NCBI GenBank assembly: GCA_902582105.1
Contig: CACHQT010000001.1
Location: forward strand, 10,681-74,680
Source: an uncultured Pelagibacteraceae bacterium
Lineage (GTDB): Bacteria > Pseudomonadota > Alphaproteobacteria > Pelagibacterales > Pelagibacteraceae
Length of the DNA: 64,000 nt
Direction of reading: 5' to 3'
Part shown: positions 9,935-19,162 of the stretch, piece after piece
How the letters are laid out: each line of letters begins with the position of its first letter
How positions within the stretch are numbered: position 1 is the first letter of the stretch
Notes under the pieces: generated by a model
What the model saw: only the letters and a program-made list of their open reading frames with translations
What the model was told of the DNA's origin: nothing
Databases searched by the model: none
Translations under genes and position numbers: made by a program

Positions 9935-9955
9935 TGCTAATAGAAATATTTTTAA

Positions 9956-11014
9956 ATGCGAAAAACAGCTATAATTACAGGTATAACAGGACAGGACGGA
10001 TCATATCTAGCTGAGTTTCTACTAAAAAAAGGCTACATTGTTCACGGTATTAAAAGAAAATCCTCATCTTTTAATACAAATAGAATTGACCATATATTTG
10101 AAGACCCAAAATACAGATCAAAATTTTTTTTACATTATGGTGACTTAACTGATACAGATACTTTGACTAAAATTATTAACAAAGTTAAACCACAAGAAAT
10201 TTATAATTTAGGTGCGCAAAGTCACGTAGGTGTTTCATTTGAAAATCCAGTTTATACAGCAGAAGTTAATGGAATTGGATCTTTAAGAATATTAGAAATT
10301 ATAAGATTTTTAGGATTAAAAGCAAAATTTTATCAAGCTACAACATCAGAACTTTTTGGTGAGAAAGGTAAAAAAAATAAATTTAACGAAAAATCAGAAT
10401 TTAATCCTAAATCTCCTTATGGTGTATCTAAATTATTTGCTCATCATATTACAAAAGTTTACAGGGAATCTTACGGAATTTTTGCATCTAGTGGGATTTT
10501 ATTTAACCATGAAAGCCCAAGAAGAGGTGAAACATTTGTTACAAGAAAAATAACAATGTTTTTAGCAAAAAGAATTTTAGGTAGCAGAGAAGTTTTAAAT
10601 TTGGGAAATATTTATGCAAAGAGAGACTGGGGTCATGCAAAAGATTATGTAGAAATGCAATGGAAGATTATGCAACAAAAAAGACCTGATGATTTTGTAA
10701 TATCAACAGATAATACTTATAGTGTTAAACAGTTTATAAACCTTGCATGTAAAATATTAAAAATGAAAATAACCTGGGAGGGTAGAGGCCTTAACGAAAA
10801 AGCTTACGAGATAAAAAAAAATAAAAAAATATTATTAATTAAAATAAATAAAAAATATTTTAGGCCTTTAGATATTGAATACCTAAGAGGAGACTCATCT
10901 AAAGCTAAAAAATTATTAAAATTTAAGGCAAAATATAAATTTGAAGACTTGGTAAAAGACATGTTGTATTCAGATATAAAAGCCCAAAGACAAAATTTTA
11001 AGAAATTTGTTTAG
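9956..11014 (+). CDS. gmd: GDP-mannose 4,6-dehydratase
   Basis: ITGITGQDGSYLAEFLL, NLGAQSHV, SPYGVSK, FNHESPRRGETFVTRKI, RDWGHAKDYV. Confidence 0.97.
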   Translation: MRKTAIITGITGQDGSYLAEFLLKKGYIVHGIKRKSSSFNTNRIDHIFEDPKYRSKFFLHYGDLTDTDTLTKIINKVKPQEIYNLGAQSHVGVSFENPVYTAEVNGIGSLRILEIIRFLGLKAKFYQATTSELFGEKGKKNKFNEKSEFNPKSPYGVSKLFAHHITKVYRESYGIFASSGILFNHESPRRGETFVTRKITMFLAKRILGSREVLNLGNIYAKRDWGHAKDYVEMQWKIMQQKRPDDFVISTDNTYSVKQFINLACKILKMKITWEGRGLNEKAYEIKKNKKILLIKINKKYFRPLDIEYLRGDSSKAKKLLKFKAKYKFEDLVKDMLYSDIKAQRQNFKKFV

Positions 11015-11031
11015 TTATCTAATTTAAAATT

Positions 11032-12063
11032 GTGAATTATTTTTTTTTAATACTGGTTGTTTCATTTATTTGTTTTTATCTGTTAAATAATTCACTAAAA
11101 AAATACAAAATACTCGTTGATAATATAAAGTTTTCAGATCATAAAAAATTTACTGAAGAAAATAACGTTCCTTTTTCAGGGGGTATATTTTTTTTATTTG
11201 TAATATTTTATTTGTCTGAGAGTTTAAATTATATAAATTTTACTATTTTACTTCTTGTTTTTTTTCTGGGAATTTTTTCAGATTTAAACAAAATAACATC
11301 TCCAATGTATAGGATTTTGATACAGTCATTAATTATCTTAAGTTATATAGTTGTTAATGATTTGGTGGTTATAAATACAAGAATTGATTTATTTGATGAT
11401 ATTCTGAATAATTATAAAATTGTTGCAATATCTTTTACTTTTTTTTGTATAATAGTGTTGATTAATGGTACAAATTTTATTGATGGTGTTAATAATTTAG
11501 CTTCTGGATATTATTTTGTTGTCTTTTTAAATCTTATATTTTTAAGTAAAATGATTGAACTTAATATTGATCAATATTTTTTGATACAAATTTTAGCTTT
11601 TATTACGATTTTCCTAATATTTAATTTTTTTTCTCAATCTTTTTTAGGAGATAGTGGCTCTTATTTGTTAGGATTTTTTGTAGGATTCTATTTAATATCA
11701 TTTTATATAAATCAAAATAATATTATATCACCATATTACATCATAGTACTTTTATGGTACCCAGCCTATGAAAATCTTTTTTCTATAATGAGAAGACTTT
11801 TTTTTGAAAGAAAAAAAGTAAAAAAAGCTGATAACCTACATTTACATCATTTAGTATATAAATTTTTGTCAAAATTTTTAGGAAAAAATAAGTATGTAAA
11901 CTCTTTGACAGGAATATTGATAAATTTTATTAATTTAATAATAATTTTTCCTGGTAATTTTTATGCATATAAAACAAATATATTAGTAGGAATTATTTTT
12001 GTTAGTCTAGTAGTATATAATTCTGCATATTTCTATCTTAGATTTAAAACTTATAAATCTTGA
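11032..12063 (+). CDS. Polyprenyl-phosphate sugar-1-phosphate transferase (WecA/MraY family)
   Basis: PFSGG, LGIFSD, NGTNFIDGVN, FLGDSGS, ADNLHLHH; GTG start. Confidence 0.88.
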   Translation: MNYFFLILVVSFICFYLLNNSLKKYKILVDNIKFSDHKKFTEENNVPFSGGIFFLFVIFYLSESLNYINFTILLLVFFLGIFSDLNKITSPMYRILIQSLIILSYIVVNDLVVINTRIDLFDDILNNYKIVAISFTFFCIIVLINGTNFIDGVNNLASGYYFVVFLNLIFLSKMIELNIDQYFLIQILAFITIFLIFNFFSQSFLGDSGSYLLGFFVGFYLISFYINQNNIISPYYIIVLLWYPAYENLFSIMRRLFFERKKVKKADNLHLHHLVYKFLSKFLGKNKYVNSLTGILINFINLIIIFPGNFYAYKTNILVGIIFVSLVVYNSAYFYLRFKTYKS

Positions 12064-12076
12064 AAGATTAAATAAA

Positions 12077-13294
12077 CTATCGATTGCATCTTAAAATAAA
12101 CGATAAGTTTATCCAAAAAATTGTTGCAGTATATGTTGTGAAAAAACTTCCAGAAGGAATTAAAGGTAATATTGTTGTTAGTATAAATAGAGAACCAAAT
12201 AGGAATAAAAGATCTTTATTTTTTATGTAAAGCTTAATACCTTTAACAATAAAATATATTAATATAGTAAATAAAAAAATATACCCAAACAAACCCATCT
12301 CAGAGAGCATTTCAAAATGTATTTGGTGTGGATGAGTTGCTCCACCATTTATATTTTCAATTTTATTATATTCTTTTCCATAACTTACATTCCTAAAATT
12401 TTTAATTCCAATTCCAAAAATTGGATTTTTTTTAAATATCTCAAAAGCAGTATTGTAATGACTAAGATGTTGATTAGAGCTAATTAAACTTTTGTAGTTA
12501 GTTATTTCAGTCTTATTAAATATGTGATGTATAAATCTACTGTTAAAGGCTGGAGTTGATTTAATAAATATGAAAGCAAACATCATAAATAAACCTATTA
12601 AAGAAAGTTTTTTTAAAATAGAATTTTTATCGATGAAGAGTAAAAAGATTGAAATTATAAATAAACTTTTTATAAAATTTGCTTTTTCTCCTATTAATAA
12701 TGAAGAAAGTAAAAATAGAATTATAAAAAAAAAATAATATTTTTTATGATTTTTCAATACAATCCATAAAGAAATCAGCATGAATCCAAAATAATATCCA
12801 CCAATTTTTAATTCATCGCCAGAGAAACTGGCCAAACGTCCAGCATAGTTTGATTTGTTGCCTATAATGTTAAATCCAATAAAAAATTCAAATATAATAT
12901 CAAACGAAGTTATCATAAAAACAATAAACCATAAATTGATTATCGGTTTTTGATACCTGCCGTTTTCTAAAGAAAAATAATATGCAATTGCATATGCTAA
13001 AAGTGGAAATCTAATAAAACCTACCGCTCTAATTATTCCGTCTGAAGTTTGAGTTAAATATATACTATTTAAGATTATGTATATAAAAAAAGCAAATAAA
13101 ATATAAAAATCTTTCTCTAAAAAAAAATAATATTTTTTTTGAACACATTCTAAAATAAATAAAATTATAATTAAAATTATAAATATGTTTGTAATAGTTG
13201 AGCCAATAAAAAGCGATATAGGTAATAAAAGAATTAAATATAGTGTTTTATTCTTAAAATATAAGAATTTATAAAAATATTCATTTAAAATCAT
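12077..13294 (-). CDS. O-antigen ligase family protein (WaaL/Wzy_C)
   Basis: Polytopic; NPIFGIGIKNFR...THPHQIHFEMLSEMGLFG periplasmic signature. Confidence 0.85.
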   Translation of the reverse strand: MILNEYFYKFLYFKNKTLYLILLLPISLFIGSTITNIFIILIIILFILECVQKKYYFFLEKDFYILFAFFIYIILNSIYLTQTSDGIIRAVGFIRFPLLAYAIAYYFSLENGRYQKPIINLWFIVFMITSFDIIFEFFIGFNIIGNKSNYAGRLASFSGDELKIGGYYFGFMLISLWIVLKNHKKYYFFFIILFLLSSLLIGEKANFIKSLFIISIFLLFIDKNSILKKLSLIGLFMMFAFIFIKSTPAFNSRFIHHIFNKTEITNYKSLISSNQHLSHYNTAFEIFKKNPIFGIGIKNFRNVSYGKEYNKIENINGGATHPHQIHFEMLSEMGLFGYIFLFTILIYFIVKGIKLYIKNKDLLFLFGSLFILTTILPLIPSGSFFTTYTATIFWINLSFILRCNR

Positions 13295-13381
13295 TGTTTT
13301 GCATATTTACCACTAATATTAATTACTTGAAATTAAAAATTATATAATTACAAGTTTTTAAAACATTTTGAAGTTATTCAA

Positions 13382-14050
13382 TTGAAAAATTTAACATTAA
13401 TTATACCAGCAAAAAATGAAGCGGAATCACTTCCTAAATTTTTAAAAGAAATACAACACCTAGATTTAGATATTATTGTAATATTACAAGAAGGAGACGA
13501 AGAAACACAAAACTCAATTAAAAATCAACCTAATACAAAAACATTAATCCAAAAAATTAATGGTTATGGCAGTGCAATAATTGAAGGATTAAATAGTTCC
13601 AAAACAGAATATTCTTGTATAATCAATGCTGATGGATCTATGGATCCAAAATATCTTAAATCAATGTTGGAAAAGTGTATTGATAAAGATTTAATTTTTG
13701 CATCTAGATATGAAAAACCTGGAGGTGGAAGTGAAGATGATACATTTATCACCTTGATAGGAAATAAAATGTTTAGCCTTTTAGGTAATTTGATTTTTAA
13801 TTTAAAAATTTCAGATATTTTATATACTTTTGTACTTGGCAAAACTAAATCTTTTCAAAAACTGGAATTAAAATACCATGATTTCAGATTATGTGTTGAA
13901 TTGCCAATAAAGGCAAAGAAAAGAGGTTTAATATATTCAACTATGCCTAGTTTTGAAAGATCTAGAATTGCGGGAGAAAAAAAAGTGAATTGGTTTTTAG
14001 ATGGATGTCTTATACTTTATGGCATGTTAAGTTTTGTTTTTAAAAAATAA
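13382..14050 (+). CDS. Polyprenol-phosphate glycosyltransferase (DPM1/GtrB-like GT2)
   Basis: IIPAKNEAESL, GYGSAIIEG, INADGS, FASRY, R..GEKK; TTG start. Confidence 0.85.
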   Translation: MKNLTLIIPAKNEAESLPKFLKEIQHLDLDIIVILQEGDEETQNSIKNQPNTKTLIQKINGYGSAIIEGLNSSKTEYSCIINADGSMDPKYLKSMLEKCIDKDLIFASRYEKPGGGSEDDTFITLIGNKMFSLLGNLIFNLKISDILYTFVLGKTKSFQKLELKYHDFRLCVELPIKAKKRGLIYSTMPSFERSRIAGEKKVNWFLDGCLILYGMLSFVFKK

Positions 14051-14055
14051 TTTTT

Positions 14056-14991
14056 ATGATCAATAAAAATTCAAAAATTTACGTTGCTGGACATAATGGA
14101 CTTGTTGGTAGTGCAATTGTAAGAAAATTAAAAAAGAAGGGTTATACAAAAATAATTGTTAGAGACAAATCAAATCTAGATTTAACTAACCAGTCAAAAG
14201 TATATCAATTCATAAAAAAACAAAAACCAGATTTTATTTTTATAGCTGCTGCTAAAGTTGGAGGAATTTATTCTAATGATAAATATAGAGCTGACTTTAT
14301 ATTTAATAATTTATCTATACAAAATAATATTATTCACGGGGCTTTTTCAAATGGTGTAAGAAATTTAATATTTTTAGGATCAAGTTGTGTTTATCCAAGA
14401 AACTGCCCTCAGCCTATAAAAGAGAAATATTTATTAGACGGTAAACTTGAAAAAACAAACGATGCATATTCAATTGCTAAAATAGCAGGCATTAAAATGT
14501 GTGAAAGTTATAATGCTCAATATAGAACAAATTTTAAGTGTATTATGCCGACCAATACATTTGGACCGAATGACAAGTATGATACTTTAAACTCGCATTT
14601 TCTCCCAGCTTTAATAAAAAAAATACATAATTTAAAAGTAGGAAAAAAATCACGTTTAGTTTTATGGGGAAATGGTCTTGCAAAAAGAGAGGTGATTTAT
14701 GTTGATGATATTGCAGATGCTTGTATTTTTTTTATGAAAAAAAAAATAAGAGAAGATATTATTAATATTGGGACTGGAAAAGATTATACTATTAAAGCTT
14801 ATGCAAAATTATTACTAAAAATAATAAATCCAAATAAAAAAATTAAAATAGTTTATGATAAAACTAAACCAAATGGGACACCTAGAAAAGTTTTAGATAT
14901 TTCTTTAGCAAAAAAATATGGCTGGAGACCAAAGTATCAATTAAAAAATGCACTTTTAAAAGGCTATCAAAGCTATATAACTGAAAGATAG
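14056..14991 (+). CDS. fcl: GDP-L-fucose synthase
   Basis: YVAGHNGLVGSAI, AAAKVGGI, FLGSSCVYP, YSIAKIAG, KPNGTPRK. Confidence 0.95.
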   Translation: MINKNSKIYVAGHNGLVGSAIVRKLKKKGYTKIIVRDKSNLDLTNQSKVYQFIKKQKPDFIFIAAAKVGGIYSNDKYRADFIFNNLSIQNNIIHGAFSNGVRNLIFLGSSCVYPRNCPQPIKEKYLLDGKLEKTNDAYSIAKIAGIKMCESYNAQYRTNFKCIMPTNTFGPNDKYDTLNSHFLPALIKKIHNLKVGKKSRLVLWGNGLAKREVIYVDDIADACIFFMKKKIREDIINIGTGKDYTIKAYAKLLLKIINPNKKIKIVYDKTKPNGTPRKVLDISLAKKYGWRPKYQLKNALLKGYQSYITER

Positions 14992-15038
14992 GCAGATACA
15001 ATTCAATAATTAATGTTCTTTTAATATTTTATTTAATC

Positions 15039-15066
15039 TTTACTTTATAATTTTTTTATGTATAAA
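15039..15066 (+). promoter_or_regulatory. Putative promoter of 5S rRNA-rpmJ-pnt
   Basis: TTTACT (15039-15044), 16-nt spacer, TATAAA (15061-15066), ending 6 nt before the 5S 5' end. Confidence 0.45.
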
Positions 15067-15072
15067 ACTTTT

Positions 15073-15188
15073 GCCTGGTGATTATTGCGAAAGTGTAATA
15101 CCCGATCCCATTCCGAACTCGGAAGTCAAGCCTTTCTGCGCCAATGGTACTTTGTCTTAAGACATGGAAGAGTAGGACGTTGCCAGGC
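15073..15188 (+). rRNA. rrf: 5S ribosomal RNA (stand-alone)
   Basis: Terminal helix GCCTGGT/GCCAGGC; conserved ACCCGATCCCATTCCGAACTCGGAAGTCAAG, GCCAATGGTACT and GAGTAGGACGTTGCCAGG; ends approximate to about 1-2 nt. Confidence 0.97.
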
Positions 15189-15198
15189 TATAAAAATT

Positions 15199-15324
15199 AT
15201 GAAAATTAAAAGCTCACTTAAATCTTTAAAATCTAGAGACCTCAATTCTAAGCTGGTAAGAAGAAGAGGTAGAGTTTATATAATAAATAAAAAAAATCCA
15301 AAATTTAAAGCAAGACAAAAGTAA
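15199..15324 (+). CDS. rpmJ: 50S ribosomal protein L36 (Cys-free type)
   Basis: [41 protein letters not shown]; ATG at 15199. Confidence 0.95.
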   Translation: MKIKSSLKSLKSRDLNSKLVRRRGRVYIINKKNPKFKARQK

Positions 15325-15336
15325 TTTTCTGTTGTT

Positions 15337-16422
15337 ATGATTATAGGATCCATATCAGAAAATAAAGAACTAGAAAAAAGAATATCAATTACACCTGAAA
15401 TTGCTAAAAAATATATTTCAAATGGTTTCGAAGTTTTGATTGAGAAGGGATTGGGCGAACATCTTGGAATAAAAGATAGTGATTTTTTAAAAGAAAATTG
15501 CAAAATTGAAGATAAAAAAACTATATTAGATAAATCTGATATAATTTTACAATTAAATCTTCTTGATGATGAAACAATAGGTTTATTGAAAGATAATAAA
15601 GTTTTAATTGGAAACTTTAATTCAAATATTAATCGTGAAAAAATTATCAAAATAAACAAAAAAAAAATATCTATTTTTTCTTTAGAGCTTCTTCCAAGAA
15701 TAACTAGAGCTCAATCAATGGACATATTATCTTCGCAAGCTAATTTAGCTGGATATAAGGCGGTAGTAGATTCATTTGCTTTTTTTAAAAAAGCTATACC
15801 AATGATGATGACTGCTGCAGGCACAATATCTGCTGCAAAAGTTTTAGTTGTCGGTGCAGGTGTTGCTGGACTTCAAGCTATTGCTACGGCAAAAAGAATG
15901 GGTGCTATAGTTTTTGCTACAGATGTAAGATTGGCATCTAAAGAACAAGTAGAAAGTCTTGGAGGTAAATTTTTAGTTGTAGAGGGTGCTGAAAATTTAG
16001 AAACTGAAGGTGGATATGCAAAAGAAGCCTCAGAAGATTTTAAAAAAAAACAAGAGGAATTAGTAAAAGAAACTCTTAAAAAAATAGATATTGTAATTTG
16101 TACTGCGCTTATACCAGGAAAAAAGGCTCCAAAAATTATAAACGAAGAAATGATCGAAGGTATGCAGCCTGGCTCTATAATTTATGATCTTGCTGCATCT
16201 CAGGGAGGAAATACAGCTTTTACAAAGGTCGATGAAGTTGTTGATAAAAATGGAGTTATAATTTTAGGTGAAACAAATATTTTGAATAAATTGCCAACTT
16301 CTGCGTCTAATTTGTATGCAAAAAATTTATTTAATTTTGTAATAAATCTTTATGATAAAAAGAATAATAAAATAAATATTAATATGGAAGACGAAATTAT
16401 AACTAAAACTTTGGTTAAATAA
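15337..16422 (+). CDS. pntA: NAD(P) transhydrogenase subunit alpha, part 1
   Basis: PRITRAQSMDILSSQANLAGY, GAGVAGLQAIATAKRMGA, TALIPGKKAP. Confidence 0.95.
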   Translation: MIIGSISENKELEKRISITPEIAKKYISNGFEVLIEKGLGEHLGIKDSDFLKENCKIEDKKTILDKSDIILQLNLLDDETIGLLKDNKVLIGNFNSNINREKIIKINKKKISIFSLELLPRITRAQSMDILSSQANLAGYKAVVDSFAFFKKAIPMMMTAAGTISAAKVLVVGAGVAGLQAIATAKRMGAIVFATDVRLASKEQVESLGGKFLVVEGAENLETEGGYAKEASEDFKKKQEELVKETLKKIDIVICTALIPGKKAPKIINEEMIEGMQPGSIIYDLAASQGGNTAFTKVDEVVDKNGVIILGETNILNKLPTSASNLYAKNLFNFVINLYDKKNNKININMEDEIITKTLVK

Positions 16423-16423
16423 T

Positions 16424-16732
16424 ATGGAAATAGATCCTTTTATATTTAGATTAAGCATTTTTATTTTGTCAATTTTTATTGGCTACTATGTTGTGTGGAG
16501 TGTAACGCCGTCTCTTCATACTCCTCTTATGTCTGTAACAAATGCAATATCGTCAGTAATAATTGTAGGTGCAATAATTGCAGCTTTGGCAGGCGATGTT
16601 GAAAAGATTTTTGATACAGCTAATATTTATGGATATCTAGCAATAATTCTTGCTGCGATAAACATATTTGGTGGTTTTTTAGTAACTCAAAGAATGCTCG
16701 CAATGTATAAAAAGAAAAAGAAAGATAAATAA
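16424..16732 (+). CDS. pntA: NAD(P) transhydrogenase subunit alpha, part 2 (membrane)
   Basis: VTPSLHTPLMSVTNAISS, NIFGGFLVTQRMLAM. Confidence 0.95.
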   Translation: MEIDPFIFRLSIFILSIFIGYYVVWSVTPSLHTPLMSVTNAISSVIIVGAIIAALAGDVEKIFDTANIYGYLAIILAAINIFGGFLVTQRMLAMYKKKKKDK

Positions 16733-16734
16733 TT

Positions 16735-18129
16735 ATGTCAGCAAATTTATTAGCAATATTTTATTTAATATCTGGCGTGTTATTTATATTAGCACTTCGA
16801 GGATTATCATCTCCCGAGACTTCAAGACAAGGGAACTTATATGGTATAATTGGAATGGCGATAGCAATTGGCGTTACAATTTTATCGGTAGGAAACTTCT
16901 CAACTGGATTTATATTTTTATTAGTTTTTTTGCTAATTGGTGGTTCTATTGGAGCTTTTATAGCTTTCAAAATACCAATGACAGCAATGCCAGAATTAGT
17001 TGCTGGATTTCATAGTTTAGTTGGTCTTGCAGCAGTTTTTGTAGCAATTTCAGCTTTTTTGAATCCAATAGCTTTTAATTTAGGTACACCAGGCAACATC
17101 AAAATAGCAAGTCTGATTGAAATGTCTCTTGGTGCTTCAATAGGAGCAATAACTTTTACAGGGTCAATAATTGCATTTTTAAAATTAAGAGGGATTATGT
17201 CTGGATCCCCAATTACTTTTGTAGGCCAACACTACTTAAATTTAGTTCTTGGACTAGCCCTAGTAGCTTTAATAGTTTATTTATGTAGAACTCAAATTGA
17301 TACTTTTTTTTGGACAATCATTATCATCTCATTTTTAGTTGGAATTTTACTAATCATTCCAATTGGTGGAGCTGATATGCCTGTTGTAATATCAATGCTC
17401 AACTCATACTCTGGATGGGCTGCTGCTGGTATTGGATTTACTTTAGAAAATACAGCATTAATTATTACTGGTGCTCTAGTAGGATCTTCTGGTGCAATTT
17501 TATCTTACATAATGTGCAAAGGTATGAATAGATCTTTTTTTAATGTTATACTAGGAGGGTGGGGAGCAACAGACGATAAAACTAAAAATGCATCTAAAGA
17601 ACAGAAACCAGTTAAGAACGGAAATGCTGATGATGCAGCCTTTTTAATGAAGAATGCATCTTCTGTTATAATTGTTCCAGGATATGGAATGGCAGTTGCT
17701 CAAGCGCAACACGCCTTAAGAGAGATGGTAGATGCGTTAAAAAAAAATGGTGTTAAAGTTACGTATGCAATTCATCCAGTGGCAGGTAGAATGCCTGGGC
17801 ATATGAACGTTTTATTAGCGGAAGCCAATGTTCCTTACGATGAAGTATTCGAACTAGAGGAAATCAATAATGATTTTGCAAATTGTGATGTTGCATATGT
17901 AATAGGCGCAAATGATGTAACTAATCCTGTTGCTAAAACAGATCCACAAAGCCCAATTTATGGTATGCCAATATTAGATGTAGAAAAAAGTAAATCAGTT
18001 TTATTTGTAAAAAGAAGCTTATCTCCAGGATATGCAGGAATAGATAATGATTTATTCTACAGGGATAATACATTAATGTTGTTTGCAGATGCAAAAAAAA
18101 TGACAGAAGACATTATTAAAAATTTATAA
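16735..18129 (+). CDS. pntB: NAD(P) transhydrogenase subunit beta
   Basis: MPELVAGFHSLVG, IGGADMPVVISMLNSYSG, HPVAGRMPGHMNVLLAEA. Confidence 0.97.
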   Translation: MSANLLAIFYLISGVLFILALRGLSSPETSRQGNLYGIIGMAIAIGVTILSVGNFSTGFIFLLVFLLIGGSIGAFIAFKIPMTAMPELVAGFHSLVGLAAVFVAISAFLNPIAFNLGTPGNIKIASLIEMSLGASIGAITFTGSIIAFLKLRGIMSGSPITFVGQHYLNLVLGLALVALIVYLCRTQIDTFFWTIIIISFLVGILLIIPIGGADMPVVISMLNSYSGWAAAGIGFTLENTALIITGALVGSSGAILSYIMCKGMNRSFFNVILGGWGATDDKTKNASKEQKPVKNGNADDAAFLMKNASSVIIVPGYGMAVAQAQHALREMVDALKKNGVKVTYAIHPVAGRMPGHMNVLLAEANVPYDEVFELEEINNDFANCDVAYVIGANDVTNPVAKTDPQSPIYGMPILDVEKSKSVLFVKRSLSPGYAGIDNDLFYRDNTLMLFADAKKMTEDIIKNL

Positions 18130-18130
18130 A

Positions 18131-18823
18131 TTGACTAAAATATTTTGCGATATTGCTGATATAAGAGAAATAAAAAAATTCAATAAAAAGAATATTGTTA
18201 AGGGCTTTACCACAAATCCATCCTTAATGAGAAAAGCCGGTGCAAAAGATTATAGTTTATATAGTAAAAAAATTCTTAAATTAACCAAAAAGCCTGTATC
18301 ATGTGAAGTTTTTGCAGATGACGAAAAAAATATGATTAAACAGGGTCTAAAAATTAGTAAATGGGCTAGAAATGTTTATGTAAAGGTGCCCGTGACCAAT
18401 TCAAAAGGAAAATTTATGGGAAAAGTTATACATAAATTGAATAAAGAAAAAATTAAATTAAATATTACTGCAGTGTATTCAGCTAAACAAACTATGAAAA
18501 TTCTAAAAAAAATAGATAAGAAAACAAAAGTTATTATATCTATATTTGCTGGAAGAATGGCCGATGTAGGAAAAGATCCTTTGCCAGAATTCAAGAATAG
18601 TATTAAATTGTCTAAAAAATTTAAAAATGTTGAAATTCTTTGGGCAAGTACTAGAGAGCCATATAATTATTTACAAGCCAAAAGTATTAATTGTCATATA
18701 ATTACTGTTCCACCAACTATTATAGAAAAAATAGAAAAATTTGGAAAAAGTTTTCAAAGACTTACTACCGATACAGTAAAAGGATTTTTAATAGACTCCA
18801 AAAAATCTAATTTTTCGCTTTAA
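18131..18823 (+). CDS. tal: Transaldolase (short TalC-type)
   Basis: GFTTNPSL, SCEV (Glu), VYVKVP (Schiff-base Lys), ISIFAGR (Phe, transaldolase rather than FSA), WASTR. Confidence 0.9.
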   Translation: MTKIFCDIADIREIKKFNKKNIVKGFTTNPSLMRKAGAKDYSLYSKKILKLTKKPVSCEVFADDEKNMIKQGLKISKWARNVYVKVPVTNSKGKFMGKVIHKLNKEKIKLNITAVYSAKQTMKILKKIDKKTKVIISIFAGRMADVGKDPLPEFKNSIKLSKKFKNVEILWASTREPYNYLQAKSINCHIITVPPTIIEKIEKFGKSFQRLTTDTVKGFLIDSKKSNFSL

Positions 18824-18830
18824 AGTAAAT

Positions 18831-18907
<77 letters not shown>

Positions 18908-18911
18908 ATAT

Positions 18912-19106
18912 CTAAATTCTGTTTTTAAGTTTATTAAGTTTTTTAACTCTCTTTATGTTCTCTTGTAAAATTCTTTTCTTTTTTTCAGATGGTTTTTCGT
19001 AAGTATTTTTTAATTTAATAATTTTAAAAAACCCATCTCTTTGAAGTTTTCTTTTTAAAACTCTAAGAGCCTGCTCAACATTATTATCTTTTACTTCTAT
19101 TTTAAT
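18912..19106 (-). CDS. rpsU: 30S ribosomal protein S21; start proposed at ATT 19106 (ORF track uses TTG 19118)
   Basis: KIEVKDNNVEQALRVLKRKLQRDG...YEKPSEKKKR; GGAGGT lies at 19116-19111, 4 nt before an in-frame ATT. Confidence 0.9.
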   Translation of the reverse strand: MKIEVKDNNVEQALRVLKRKLQRDGFFKIIKLKNTYEKPSEKKKRILQENIKRVKKLNKLKNRI

Positions 19107-19162
19107 AAATACCTCCAAAAAAATGTGTAATTAACATTTTAAATTTTTTATGTCTATTAAAT

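Larger units (their letters stand above)
1..15000. other. Distal part of a cell-surface polysaccharide/glycosylation hypervariable island (SAR11 HVR2-like), ending at the 5S rRNA gene
   Basis: Run of GT2/GT4/GT-C, nucleotide-sugar, methyl- and sulfotransferase genes with frequent strand switches. It is visibly more AT-rich than the downstream core genes and is bounded by an isolated 5S gene, the known HVR2 arrangement in SAR11. Confidence 0.85.

Noticed and set aside
1-15000. Long A/T homopolymers in island genes as phase-variation tracts
   Set aside because: Such runs occur throughout the window and all island ORFs appear intact
15085-15324. 79-aa ORF that appears to extend L36 at the N-terminus
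   Set aside because: The extension lies almost entirely within the 5S rRNA gene; L36 homology starts at ATG 15199
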